From the NCBI GenBank assembly GCA_963820225.1, contig CAWFYY010000005.1, forward strand, positions 125,620 through 189,619: 64,000 nt of DNA, written 5' to 3'. Made by a program: the position numbers and the translations under genes. Shown one piece after another: positions 18,291 through 27,404 of the stretch. The notes beneath the pieces are model-generated. The model searched no databases, had not been told where the DNA came from, and saw only the letters and a list, made by a program, of their open reading frames with translations. Position 1 is the stretch's first letter, and the number at the start of each line of letters is the position of its first letter. This DNA is from an uncultured Gaiellaceae bacterium (GTDB lineage: Bacteria; Actinomycetota; Thermoleophilia; Gaiellales; Gaiellaceae).

Positions 18291-18670
18291 TCCTCGTGCT
18301 CGCCGCCGGCGACGCTCAGCAGCGGCGCCGGCGGCCGCACGCTTGCGGCGTCGTGGCGCGCGCGGGCGTCGAGGACGGCGTCGAAGTTCTCGCTGCCCCA
18401 CTCGTAGAGGGCCATCAGCACCTGCGTCAGCGACCAGCCAAGCGGGGTGAGGGAGTACTCGACGCGCGCCGGCACCTCGGCGAAGATCTTGCGCCGGACG
18501 AGGCCGTCGCGGTCGAGACCACGCAGCGTGTCGGTCAAGACCTTCTTGGAGACCGGGAGCTGGCGGTGCAGATGGCTGTAGCGACGAGAACCGCTCGCGA
18601 GCAGATACAGGACGTCGATCTTCCACTTCGACGCGAGGAGGCTGAAGGCCTCGTGCGTCTCGAAGATCAT
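18287..18670 (-). CDS. HxlR family transcriptional regulator
   Basis: Winged-helix pattern FSLLASKWKIDVLYLL...RYSHLHRQLPVSKKVLTDTLRGLDRDGLVRR...EYSLTPLG. The start is taken at ATG 18670; the track ORF extends further upstream without homology. Confidence 0.8.
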   Translation of the reverse strand: MIFETHEAFSLLASKWKIDVLYLLASGSRRYSHLHRQLPVSKKVLTDTLRGLDRDGLVRRKIFAEVPARVEYSLTPLGWSLTQVLMALYEWGSENFDAVLDARARHDAASVRPPAPLLSVAGGEHED

Positions 18671-18842
18671 GTCCGCGTCCGTGAGGCGGCGCGGGGAGGC
18701 GTCGGGTCCCTGCAAGAAGGAATCGTCTGGACGGCTGCTCACGGAGACATCCCCCTCGCTCGACTTCCCTTGCGACACCGATGTCGCATCGAGACCAGTA
18801 TATGTCCAGCATCGGTCGATCTCGTGTACGTATGGTGAACCG

Positions 18843-19868
18843 GTGAGCACGTCCGAAGAGCTGCGCCGCTTCGAGGCGGACGCCGCCCTCACCGAGGCGG
18901 CGGGGATCGCCGAGAAAATCGTCCAGAACGTCGGCCGGGTGATCGTCGGCAAGGACGAGGTGGTGCGGCTCGTGCTCGCCGCGTTCGCCTGTCGCGGCCA
19001 TGTGCTCCTCGAGGACGTGCCGGGGACGGCGAAGACGATGCTCGCCCGTGCGCTCGCCCTCAGCATCGCCGGCGAGGCCGCGCGGATTCAGTGCACGCCC
19101 GACCTGCAGCCGACGGACGTCACGGGCCTCTCCGTTTGGGACCCGGAGCAGCGCCGTTTTGAGTTTCGGGCCGGGCCGATCTTCGCGAACGTCGTTCTCG
19201 TCGACGAGATCAACCGCGCTCTCCCCAAGGCGCAGTCGGCGCTCCTCGAGGCGATGGCGGAAGGTCAGGTGACTGCGGACGGGACGACTCGCGAGCTTCC
19301 CAGTCCCTTTCTCCTGATCGCGACCGAGAATGCGATCGAGCAGGAGGGCACGTTCCCTCTGCCGGAGGCCCAGCTCGATCGCTTCTTTCTTCGTACCTCG
19401 CTCGGCTATCCGACACTCGACCAGGAGCTCGAAATCCTCGAAGCCCAGCTCCACGAGCACCCGGTCGAGCGGCTCGAGCCCGTGGTCGACCGCGGGCAGC
19501 TCCAGGTCGTCTTCGATGCCGTGGAGCACGTCTACGTCGACCCGCTCCTGAAGCGCTGGACGGTCGAGCTGGTCCGCGCGACGCGCGAGCTCGAGCTCGT
19601 CGACGTGGGCGCCTCCGTCCGCGGCAGTCTGGCGCTCGAGCGCGCGATCCGCGCCTGGGCACTCCTTCACGGCCGCTCGTTCGCGGCTCCGGAGGATGTC
19701 GAGCTGCTGTTCGGCGCGGTGCTCGGCCACCGCCTCGTGCTCTCGGCCGATGCGCTGCTCGAAGCGGAGCCGGAGCAGGTGCTCGCCCGCGTCTGGGCGG
19801 CCTGCCTTGCCCGCGCTCCGAGGCCGGAGCCCGGCTGGGACGCCGACGGCGCCGGCAACCGTGGATGA
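18843..19868 (+). CDS. MoxR-family AAA+ ATPase
   Basis: Motifs are HVLLEDVPGTAKT (Walker A), VVLVDEINRA (Walker B) and LEAMAEGQVT. GTG 18843 gives a typical 341 aa. Confidence 0.9.
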   Translation: MSTSEELRRFEADAALTEAAGIAEKIVQNVGRVIVGKDEVVRLVLAAFACRGHVLLEDVPGTAKTMLARALALSIAGEAARIQCTPDLQPTDVTGLSVWDPEQRRFEFRAGPIFANVVLVDEINRALPKAQSALLEAMAEGQVTADGTTRELPSPFLLIATENAIEQEGTFPLPEAQLDRFFLRTSLGYPTLDQELEILEAQLHEHPVERLEPVVDRGQLQVVFDAVEHVYVDPLLKRWTVELVRATRELELVDVGASVRGSLALERAIRAWALLHGRSFAAPEDVELLFGAVLGHRLVLSADALLEAEPEQVLARVWAACLARAPRPEPGWDADGAGNRG

Positions 19869-20776
19869 CGGCAGCGGGGACGCGTCCGTTCTCGCTCGTG
19901 CCGCGCCGGCGCTTCGCCGGTGTCCAGTTCGGCGAGCGACGCAGCCCGGTGCGCGGCGCCGGGAGCGAGGTGGCGGGTAGCAGGCCCTACCGCCCGGGCG
20001 ACCGCGTCACGACAATCGACTGGGGCGCCTCCGCCCGCCTCTCTGCGGCGCGCGGGGAAAACCAGTTCCTCGTCCGCGAGCACTTCGCCGAACAGGCGCC
20101 GCGGGTGGCTCTCGTCAACGACCGGCGACCGGCGATGGCTCTCTACCCGGCGCCGTTCCCATGGCTGGACAAGCATGCCGCCGTCGAAGCGGCAACGGAG
20201 CTGATCGCGGCGAGTACGGCGAGCGCCCGCGGCGAGCTCGGCTACGTCGAGCACGACGTCTGGATCCCGCCGCGCCCGTCCGGCCGGCTCGCGCCGCTCC
20301 GGAGTAGGGTGGAGGCGGAGCTACTCGACGCCCCGCGGGACAGCCTGACGCGTGCGCTCGAGCGGCTCTGCCGCCACCGCGGCCTCTTTCCACCGGGGAG
20401 CTTCGTGTTCGTCGTCTCCGACTTCCTCGAGCCGCCGCCGGCGCGCATCTGGATGCGCCTCCGGGCCTCGCGGTGGGACGTGACGCCGGTCGTCATCCAG
20501 GACCCCACGTGGGAGCAGAGCTTTCCCGACGTCGGCGGGGTCGTCCTGCCGCTCGTGGACGCGGCTACGGGCGAGTTGCGGGACGTTCGGCTCAGCACCG
20601 GCGAGGCTCGAGCGACGGCGACCGCGAACGAGGCTCGGCTCGAGCGGACGCTCGGTGGCTTTCGTCGACTCGGGTTCGATCCCGTCGTGCTCGGGACGGC
20701 GCAACCTTCGGCTATCGCCGCCGCCTTCCACGCCTGGGCCGACCGGCGGCGGCGGCTGCGCAGGCGGCGAGCGTGA
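19865..20776 (+). CDS. DUF58 domain protein (MxaS/Bat-operon type)
   Basis: ATGA overlap with the MoxR stop. Signature is GxxxSxxxGxGxEvaGxRpYrPGDrvxxIDWxaSARL. Confidence 0.85.
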   Translation: MTAAGTRPFSLVPRRRFAGVQFGERRSPVRGAGSEVAGSRPYRPGDRVTTIDWGASARLSAARGENQFLVREHFAEQAPRVALVNDRRPAMALYPAPFPWLDKHAAVEAATELIAASTASARGELGYVEHDVWIPPRPSGRLAPLRSRVEAELLDAPRDSLTRALERLCRHRGLFPPGSFVFVVSDFLEPPPARIWMRLRASRWDVTPVVIQDPTWEQSFPDVGGVVLPLVDAATGELRDVRLSTGEARATATANEARLERTLGGFRRLGFDPVVLGTAQPSAIAAAFHAWADRRRRLRRRRA

Positions 20777-21486
20777 GGCATCTCGCGGCCCTGGTCGCAG
20801 CGCTTTCGCTCGCGCCTCCAGCTTCGGCACTCACCCTGAGCGCGATGCCCGCGCGGGTTTCCTTCGGCGACGCGGTCGTCGTGACTGCGACGGCCCAAGG
20901 CCCCATCGACCTCCAGCTCGGTTCCTGGACAGCGCTCAGCGCACCTGAGACGGTGATCCGTGACGGAGTGACGACGGTCAGCCAGCGCGTCGTCTGCCTC
21001 GCCGAAGCCTGTGTGCCGAACGCGGCCGAGCGGTTCGTGCAGCTTCCGACGGCGTCGGCGGGCGGAACGCGGACGAGTGCGCGGATCCTCGTTGCCGCAC
21101 GTGTGGCGCCGGAAGCGGTCGCAGCGGCGAAGGCTCTCTACCGGCGCGACGCCTCCGTGGCGCCGTCGCGAAGCCACGGCGCCTTGGTGGCCGTGTTCTC
21201 GCTCGCGGCGGTGGCGCTCGTGGTGCTTGCGGCGCTCGCGGTCGTTCCCGGCAGGCGGCGTGAGGAAGCGTCCAAACGGGCGTCGCAGGACGCACTCGAG
21301 CGGGCATTGCGGCTCCTGCGCGAATCGGCAGGGCGGCCCGCTCCCGACCGCCGTCGGGCCGCCGACCTCGTCGGCCGCCTTGCGCCCGGGATCGCCGGCG
21401 CCGCTCGGGACCTCGCGTGGGCGCGTCGCGACCCTCGAATTGAGGACGTCGAGCAGCTCGCCGGGCGCGTGGAGGGGGGAGGATGA
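20773..21486 (+). CDS. secreted or single-pass membrane protein of the MoxR/vWA operon (position of MxaA/BatD-like proteins)
   Basis: GTGA overlap with the DUF58 stop. It has a signal peptide, a beta-rich ectodomain, one TM segment (GALVAVFSLAAVALVVLAALAVV) and a charged tail. Confidence 0.55.
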   Translation: MRHLAALVAALSLAPPASALTLSAMPARVSFGDAVVVTATAQGPIDLQLGSWTALSAPETVIRDGVTTVSQRVVCLAEACVPNAAERFVQLPTASAGGTRTSARILVAARVAPEAVAAAKALYRRDASVAPSRSHGALVAVFSLAAVALVVLAALAVVPGRRREEASKRASQDALERALRLLRESAGRPAPDRRRAADLVGRLAPGIAGAARDLAWARRDPRIEDVEQLAGRVEGGG

Positions 21487-22307
21487 GAATTCCGCCGCGC
21501 ATCCCGCTGACCGACCTGAAACCGCTCGTCGCACCCGCTCGGCGGACGCGGCTCCTCGGCCTCGCCGCGGCTGGGCTCGTCGTCGTGCTCTCTGTCGCCG
21601 CCGTGGCTGCCGCGTCCGCACTTCGCCCGGAGCGTGACGTCCTCTTGCCGCACGGCACGAATGGGATCGTTGTCCTCGACGTCTCAGCGAGCATCTCCTC
21701 CGACACCTACGCACGGATCGCCGACACGCTCTCGCGCCTCGCCGGCTCAGGCGGCCGCTACGGGCTCATCCTCGTCTCCGACACCGCCTACGAGGCTCTA
21801 CCACCCGGCACCCCGGCGGCCGAGCTGCGCCGGTTCGAGCGCTTCTTTCGCGTGCGGGCCCGTTCCGGCGGGGTGATCCCGCAGCCGCCGCGCAGCCCCT
21901 GGACGGACGCATTCTCGGCCGGGACTCGGCTGTCGACCGGGCTGCAGCTGGCGCTCGACGTCGTCCGGCGCGACCGGCTCGCCCGGCCCGCGGTGCTACT
22001 CGTCAGCGACCTCGACGACGACATCTCCGACCTGGAGCGACTGACGAGTGCGGCGATCTCGCTGCGCCGCGAGGGCGCTACGCTCCGCGCCGTGTCGCTC
22101 AACGCGGCGCCCGAGGACGCGCAGTTCATGAGCCGGCTGCTCGAGAAGCCGATCGATGTCGCCCCCGCGCGTCTGCCCGGCGAGGCGGGCTACACCGGCG
22201 CGGAGCAGTCAGTGCCACGCCTCCTCGCAGCGATCACGATCCTCGTCGGGCTCGCGCTCGCGGCGCTCCTCGGCCTGACCGAGCGCCTGCGCTGGAGGGC
22301 CGCGTGA
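21483..22307 (+). CDS. von Willebrand factor A domain membrane protein
   Basis: ATGA overlap with the previous stop. N- and C-terminal TM segments flank a MIDAS-like VVLDVSASISSDTY motif. Confidence 0.75.
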   Translation: MRIPPRIPLTDLKPLVAPARRTRLLGLAAAGLVVVLSVAAVAAASALRPERDVLLPHGTNGIVVLDVSASISSDTYARIADTLSRLAGSGGRYGLILVSDTAYEALPPGTPAAELRRFERFFRVRARSGGVIPQPPRSPWTDAFSAGTRLSTGLQLALDVVRRDRLARPAVLLVSDLDDDISDLERLTSAAISLRREGATLRAVSLNAAPEDAQFMSRLLEKPIDVAPARLPGEAGYTGAEQSVPRLLAAITILVGLALAALLGLTERLRWRAA

Positions 22308-22879
22308 GTCTCCGGGCCGCAATGGCCGCGCTCGCACTCCTGCTCGCGGCTGTCTGCGTCCTGGCGGCAAGAGATCTGCATGGCTGGGACAGGGCGCTGG
22401 AGCAGAACCGCGCTCACGACACGGTGTTGCCCGGCGACCCCGTCGGTGACGTGCTCGGCGTCGACGGTGAGCTGCGCTACCGCGCGGCGCTGCGGACGTT
22501 CACGACGGCGCTGCGGACTCCACGGGGGTTCGACAACGGCGAGCGGCGGGCGCGCGTGCGATCGGCCGCCGAGGCGCTCCTTGCCGAGGTGGCGACTACG
22601 GCGGCGCCGGCGAGGGCCGCAAAGGCGCAGACCCTCCTCGGTGTCCTCGTCGCCTCGGGAGGGCAAGTGGGCGGTGAAACCGGGCCGGAGCGAGCCCGCG
22701 ATGCGTTCGAGACGGCGATCCGGATCGATCCGGAGAACGTCGACGCCAAGTACAACCTCGAGCTGATCCTGCGGCGTGAACGGCCGGCCGCAACGGTGGA
22801 AAGGCCGGACGCCGGGTCGGGATCCCGTGGCAGCTCGCAGCGCGGTGCGGGCTCGGGCACGCCGGGACAGGGTTACTGA
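22304..22879 (+). CDS. membrane-anchored helical/TPR-like protein (BatC/MxaK position)
   Basis: GTGA overlap with the previous stop and an N-terminal TM segment. A TPR-like segment reads AFETAIRIDPENVDAKYNLELIL. Confidence 0.5.
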   Translation: MSLRAAMAALALLLAAVCVLAARDLHGWDRALEQNRAHDTVLPGDPVGDVLGVDGELRYRAALRTFTTALRTPRGFDNGERRARVRSAAEALLAEVATTAAPARAAKAQTLLGVLVASGGQVGGETGPERARDAFETAIRIDPENVDAKYNLELILRRERPAATVERPDAGSGSRGSSQRGAGSGTPGQGY

Positions 22880-23904
22880 TGCTCGCGACCTCTCTTACGT
22901 TCGCCAGCCCGGCGGGTGCCGCCCTCTGCGGAGTCGCGCTCGTCCCGCTGTGCGTGCTGGCGGTCACGCTCCGGAGGAACCGGCGCGCCGCCAGTGTGCT
23001 GGGGCTGGCGCCTGCCGCGTCGCGTCCCGCGCTGCCGGCCGCGCTTGCCGCGGCCGGCGCCTGCGCCCTCCTGGGGATCGCCGCGGCCCAGCCCGTGCTG
23101 CAGACGACCGAGAGCCGGAGGATGCGCACCGACTCGGAGGCGATGTTCGTCGTCGACGTGTCCCGGTCGATGGCGGCCGCCCGGGACCCGGGCGCTCCCT
23201 CCCGGCTCGAGCGTGCGCGCGCCGCAGTCCAGCGGCTGCGCGCGGCCGTCCCGGAGGTGCCGGCAGGTGTCTCTGGTCTCACCGACCGCGTGCTTCCGTA
23301 TCTCTTCGCAACGCCCGACGAGCAGGTCTTCGCCGAAACGCTCCGCCGCTCGGTCGGGATTCAGACGCCGCGGCCGCAGCAGATTGCCCCGGTAACCACC
23401 GCGTTCTCGGCGCTGCCCGCGCTCGTCGACAACGGCTTCTTCTCTCCCGGCACCGAACGGAGAACGTGCGTCGTCGTCACGGACGGCGAGAGCGTGCCGT
23501 TCTCGGCCGCGGGGGTAGGCGGACAGTTTCGTGGGCCACGGGGCTGCCGGCTCGTCGTCGTCCGTGTCGGGAGTGCGGCGGAGCGCGTGTTCCGGCCGGA
23601 CGGTACCCCTGAGGCGAACTACCGCCCCGCCGCCGACGCGCGCTCCAACGTCGAGCGCCTCGCCGCTGCGGCGGGAGGATCGGCCTACGAAGAGGACCAG
23701 CTCGACGCGGCCGTCGAAGCGCTCCGTGCGGCGGCAGTCGCCGGCCCGGAGGCCAGCTCGACCGAGGTCTCGGGGCAGCGGGCACTTGCTCCGTGGCTTG
23801 CTGTGGCGGCGCTGTTGCTCGCGATCGGCCTCGCGGCGGCACGGCTTGCGACACGCGGGTGGCGAAACGAGACGTCCATGTACCATCCCGTCCCAGAGCC
23901 GTGA
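22879..23904 (+). CDS. von Willebrand factor A domain membrane protein (BatA/BatB/MxaL-like)
   Basis: TGATG overlap with the previous stop. Two N-terminal TM segments, MIDAS motif MFVVDVSRSMAA and a C-terminal TM segment. Confidence 0.8.
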   Translation: MLATSLTFASPAGAALCGVALVPLCVLAVTLRRNRRAASVLGLAPAASRPALPAALAAAGACALLGIAAAQPVLQTTESRRMRTDSEAMFVVDVSRSMAAARDPGAPSRLERARAAVQRLRAAVPEVPAGVSGLTDRVLPYLFATPDEQVFAETLRRSVGIQTPRPQQIAPVTTAFSALPALVDNGFFSPGTERRTCVVVTDGESVPFSAAGVGGQFRGPRGCRLVVVRVGSAAERVFRPDGTPEANYRPAADARSNVERLAAAAGGSAYEEDQLDAAVEALRAAAVAGPEASSTEVSGQRALAPWLAVAALLLAIGLAAARLATRGWRNETSMYHPVPEP

Positions 23905-25931
23905 CGCGACGCACTCCTCGTCCGAGCCTCCGACGGCTTGCGGCCACTGCCGCCGTCCTGCTCGGCGTTCCGTTGCTCGCGTCCGCCGCAGGGGGAGCGC
24001 CGGCGCCGTCGGGCGACTGGCTCTCCTTCGGGCGTACGACCGACAACATGCGCCATTCGCCGCTGACGCAGATCACGCCGGCCAACGTGTCGATGCTCGG
24101 ACGCGTCTACACCGTCGACTTCCAGCGCCTCGACCCGGACATCCGCCGCGGCCAGCAGTCGTATCCGCTCGCGATCGGCGGTCGCCTCTACGTGACGACG
24201 AACGACGCGAACGTGTTCGCGCTCGACGGCGACACGGGCAAGGTGATCTGGCAGTACAAGCCGCCGAACAGCGCCGTCTTCAAGAACTTCGGGATCGTCG
24301 CCAACCGCGGCCTCGCGTACTGCGGCGGCCGCCTCTTCATCGCGCAGCTCGACATGAAGCTCGTCGCGCTCCGGCCATCCGACGGCAAGGTGCTGGACGT
24401 CGCCTCGATCTCGAACGACGTCCAGAACGCGTCCGCGAACTACGGCTACTCCGAGACCAGCGCACCGATCTGCGCGAACAACCGGGTCGTGATCGGCGCC
24501 GCAGGGTCCGAGTACGGAATCCGGGGCTTCGTGATGGCGTACACGACCGATCTGAAGCCGGCCTGGCCCAGCGCGTTCTGGACCGTTCCGCCCGATCTCC
24601 AGTCCTGGCGCCGCAGCTCCCGCGTCGTCGGCGGCGGTGCTGTCTGGACACCGGTCACGATCGACGCAGCCACCAACACCGTCTTCTTCGGCACCGGGTC
24701 GGCGACGCCGCTCTACTTCCCGGGTCTCCGTCCGGGCTCGAACCCGCGGACGGACTCGCTGATCGCGGTCGACCTGGCGACGGGCCGACTGAAGTGGTGG
24801 CAGCAGCTTCTCTCGGGCAACCAGTGGGCCTACGACGTCGCTCAGCCACCCCTTGTGTACAACGGCCGCGTGGGCGGAAAGACGCGCCGGATCGTCTCGG
24901 TCGCGACCATGGAGGGGGTCTGGTACGCCTTCGACGCCCGCTCCGGCGAGCCGTTCCACGAGCGGGTCAAGGTGATCGACCGCGTCGAGCACCCGGCGCT
25001 CCAGCCCGGGCGCCCCGTGACGGTCTTCCCCTCGTCGCTCGGCGGCCTCAACTACTCGCCTGCCTCCTACGACCCGCAGACGAACTACGTCTTCAACGCC
25101 GCCGCCGAGACCGCCGTCGTGATGGTTCAGCGCAAGTTGACGCCGACGGAAAAGCGCCGCAAGCTCCTGCTCGGCGACGTCTTTCTCGGGCTCGAGAACG
25201 GCGACTTCGGCACTGAGCTCGCGGGCTGGCACGACCACGGCTCGATCAGCGCGATCGACGTGAACACGGGCCGGCGCGTCTGGAAGTTCCTGACACCCGA
25301 GCCGGAGCGGGGAGGGGTGACGACGACCGCGAGCGGGCTCGGCTTCGCCGGGCGGCGGCGACGGCGTCCTCCGCGCGTTCAACCTCCGGAGCGGCAAGGT
25401 CCTGTGGCGTTCCAGACCGGCCGCCAGATCGCCTCCGGAGCCACGATGTTCACAAACGGGGGCAAGCAGTACCTCGCGATCACGGTCGGCGGCACGCCGA
25501 CGTCGTCGAACGGCGGCATTGCCGCGCAACTCCAGGTCTTCGCGCTCGGTGGCAGTCGGGCGGAGTCGCCGAAACCGCCCAGCATCGTCCGCTCGGTGCA
25601 GCAGCGGCCTGCGGCGGTACTGCAGACGGCGGGCGCGAGCTCGAGGCCGCTCCGGCTGCACCTGCTGCAGCCTTTGCTCCGGACGCGACGACCGCGCGTG
25701 CGCGGATCTCGATCCAGGGAGGTGTCGTCCCGCTCGCGCTCTGGAAGGCGTCGAGCTCGAACCAGGTTTCGGTCACGGGTCGGGTCACCGTCGGCGGCAG
25801 TCCCGTCGCCGGGGCGCGTGTCGCGGTCGACCGCTACGTCGTCTCCAGCGCGACGAGCGCACAGGGCACCTTCACCTACCGCGTCGACGCAACCCTGGCG
25901 CGCCGCCATCCGGTCTCGATCGTCGACGTGA
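23901..25931 (+). CDS. PQQ-repeat beta-propeller dehydrogenase paralogue (as-sequenced ORF)
   Basis: The GTG start overlaps the vWA stop as GTGA, and a signal peptide is present. Propeller blades include LYVTTNDANVFALDGDTGKVIW, SEYGIRG and VWYAFDARSGEP. Between about 25348 and 25409 the homologous frame reads GGGDGVLRAFNLRSGKVLWR, one frame off. It is flanked by GGG and TT runs, indicating two compensating indels. Beyond about 25640 this frame stops looking coding. Confidence 0.8.
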   Translation: MTRRTPRPSLRRLAATAAVLLGVPLLASAAGGAPAPSGDWLSFGRTTDNMRHSPLTQITPANVSMLGRVYTVDFQRLDPDIRRGQQSYPLAIGGRLYVTTNDANVFALDGDTGKVIWQYKPPNSAVFKNFGIVANRGLAYCGGRLFIAQLDMKLVALRPSDGKVLDVASISNDVQNASANYGYSETSAPICANNRVVIGAAGSEYGIRGFVMAYTTDLKPAWPSAFWTVPPDLQSWRRSSRVVGGGAVWTPVTIDAATNTVFFGTGSATPLYFPGLRPGSNPRTDSLIAVDLATGRLKWWQQLLSGNQWAYDVAQPPLVYNGRVGGKTRRIVSVATMEGVWYAFDARSGEPFHERVKVIDRVEHPALQPGRPVTVFPSSLGGLNYSPASYDPQTNYVFNAAAETAVVMVQRKLTPTEKRRKLLLGDVFLGLENGDFGTELAGWHDHGSISAIDVNTGRRVWKFLTPEPERGGVTTTASGLGFAGRRRRRPPRVQPPERQGPVAFQTGRQIASGATMFTNGGKQYLAITVGGTPTSSNGGIAAQLQVFALGGSRAESPKPPSIVRSVQQRPAAVLQTAGASSRPLRLHLLQPLLRTRRPRVRGSRSREVSSRSRSGRRRARTRFRSRVGSPSAAVPSPGRVSRSTATSSPARRAHRAPSPTASTQPWRAAIRSRSST

Positions 25932-26721
25932 GCCGCGCGCGTGTCGGCGGTCGACCCGCCACGGACGCCGAGAAGGGGGAGCTGGCGCAGGTGACGAGCG
26001 GGATCACCGTCGCCTATCGGATCTCTTCGTTGACGGCCAAGCCGCAGCCGAACGGCACGGTCGTCGTCACGGGCCGCGCGGTCCGTCAGGATGGCGTCCC
26101 GGCCCTGCCGGTCGTCCTTCTCTCCTACCGGCTCGAGGGCACGATCACCGACGCGGAAGGGAGACCGGTACAGGGTGCGACCGTCGTCACGCGGACGCAG
26201 GACCGCAACTTCTGGACGTTCTCGGAGCCCTCTGGCCCGACCGGCCACTACGTCTCGTTCTTCTCCGCGTCCGACCAGGTGGGTTCGAGCCCGGTGCCGA
26301 TGACCGTGCAGGTCGCAGTCGGCCGGACGACGTATGCGTCGGGGACGCGCGATGGTCGAATTCCAGCGGTTGAAGAGCGCCCGCATGGACATCCGGTTGC
26401 CGAGCTCGGGGGCGACGATGGCCTTGCCGAGCGCGGAGTCCGGCCCCGGCGCCTTCTACCGCGGGCTGCTCGTCGGAGTCGCCGGGCCTGACGGTGTGAT
26501 CAAGCCGGTGGCGGCGCGCTGGCCCGATGCGAGGGCCGGTTCTCGCTCGAGGCTGCCGGCCTCGGCGCGGGGAAAGACGGTCCGCTTCTGGCAGAGCGAC
26601 TTCCAGTCGTTTTCGCGCTTCCCTGCGACGCCGGGCGGGGCGGTCGATCTCGCCGCCTGGCCGACGGCTCTGTCGCCCCGGGTCTCGCGCGACACCGCGT
26701 TCCTGAGAGATCCCGCGCTAG
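25640..26721 (+). pseudogene. beta-sandwich (carboxypeptidase-regulatory-like) region, probably the C-terminal extension of the preceding PQQ protein; split over several frames
   Basis: A frame with no ATG or GTG before 25928 reads ...ISIQGGVVPLALWKASSSNQVSVTGRVTVGGSPVAGARVAVDRY...LEGTITDAEGRPVQGATVVTRTQD... Coding continues in another frame from about 26345 (MVEFQRLKSARMDIRLP...). A GRFSLEAAGLGAG stretch is recoverable only by shifts at the GGG 26533-26535 and AAA 26573-26575 runs. The 3' end is uncertain. Confidence 0.45.
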
Positions 26722-27290
26722 GCAGGGTCGGCGCAAGCGCCGCCGAGGAACTGGCTCGCGATCAGCGTTGCTGTTTCCTCGACGCCGAGGTCGGCAACGG
26801 CGCCGTAGCGGATCGCCTCGACCACGATCGCCCGGTAGACCGTCCGCAGCCACGCGGTCGGCCGGTCGCGGCGGAGCACGCCTTCGGCCTGGCCGCGCTC
26901 GAAGAAGCGAAGCATTGTGGCCTCGAACTCGTCGTCCAGGTAATCGAGCGCGACTGGCGGTTCGTGCTGAAGGACGACGAAGTGGTTTCCGGTCAAGGCG
27001 GCCGCTCGGGCGACGCGGACGAGCGCCTCCTCGAACGGGACATCGTCGATCTGCGCGTCGCGGACGCGCTCGATCACCTCCTGGTACGCCGCCTCGACGA
27101 GCGCGTGCACGAGCTGGTCGCGGCTAGGGAAGTAGCGATAGAGCGTGGCCCGCGAAACGCCGGCCGCGATCGCGACCGCGTCGAGCTTCGCAGCGTCTGG
27201 ATTCGCCGCCAGAACGTCTACGGCTGCCTCGACGATCGCGGCTCGCGTGCGCGCATGGGCGGCGGTCGTCGCCTTGGCTCCCGTCGTCAC
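26718..27290 (-). CDS. TetR/AcrR family transcriptional regulator
   Basis: HTH motif is LDAVAIAAGVSRATLYRYFPSRDQL. GTG 27290 gives 190 aa; the upstream part of the track ORF has no homology. Confidence 0.85.
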   Translation of the reverse strand: MTTGAKATTAAHARTRAAIVEAAVDVLAANPDAAKLDAVAIAAGVSRATLYRYFPSRDQLVHALVEAAYQEVIERVRDAQIDDVPFEEALVRVARAAALTGNHFVVLQHEPPVALDYLDDEFEATMLRFFERGQAEGVLRRDRPTAWLRTVYRAIVVEAIRYGAVADLGVEETATLIASQFLGGACADPA

Positions 27291-27404
27291 GCTGATGTCA
27301 GCAGTATGAACGCTCCCGGGAGGGCTGTGCGGCCTAGCCCATTGGCACGAGAGCCAAATGCGGCGGCGAGGATCCAGAGGCTGATTCGTAGAGAGGGTTC
27401 CGCC

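Noticed and set aside
27291-27302. The GCTGA-TG-TCAGC palindrome at the TetR start as the TetR operator.
   Set aside because: Its 5-bp arms are within chance expectation. It is plausible but unsupported without comparative data.
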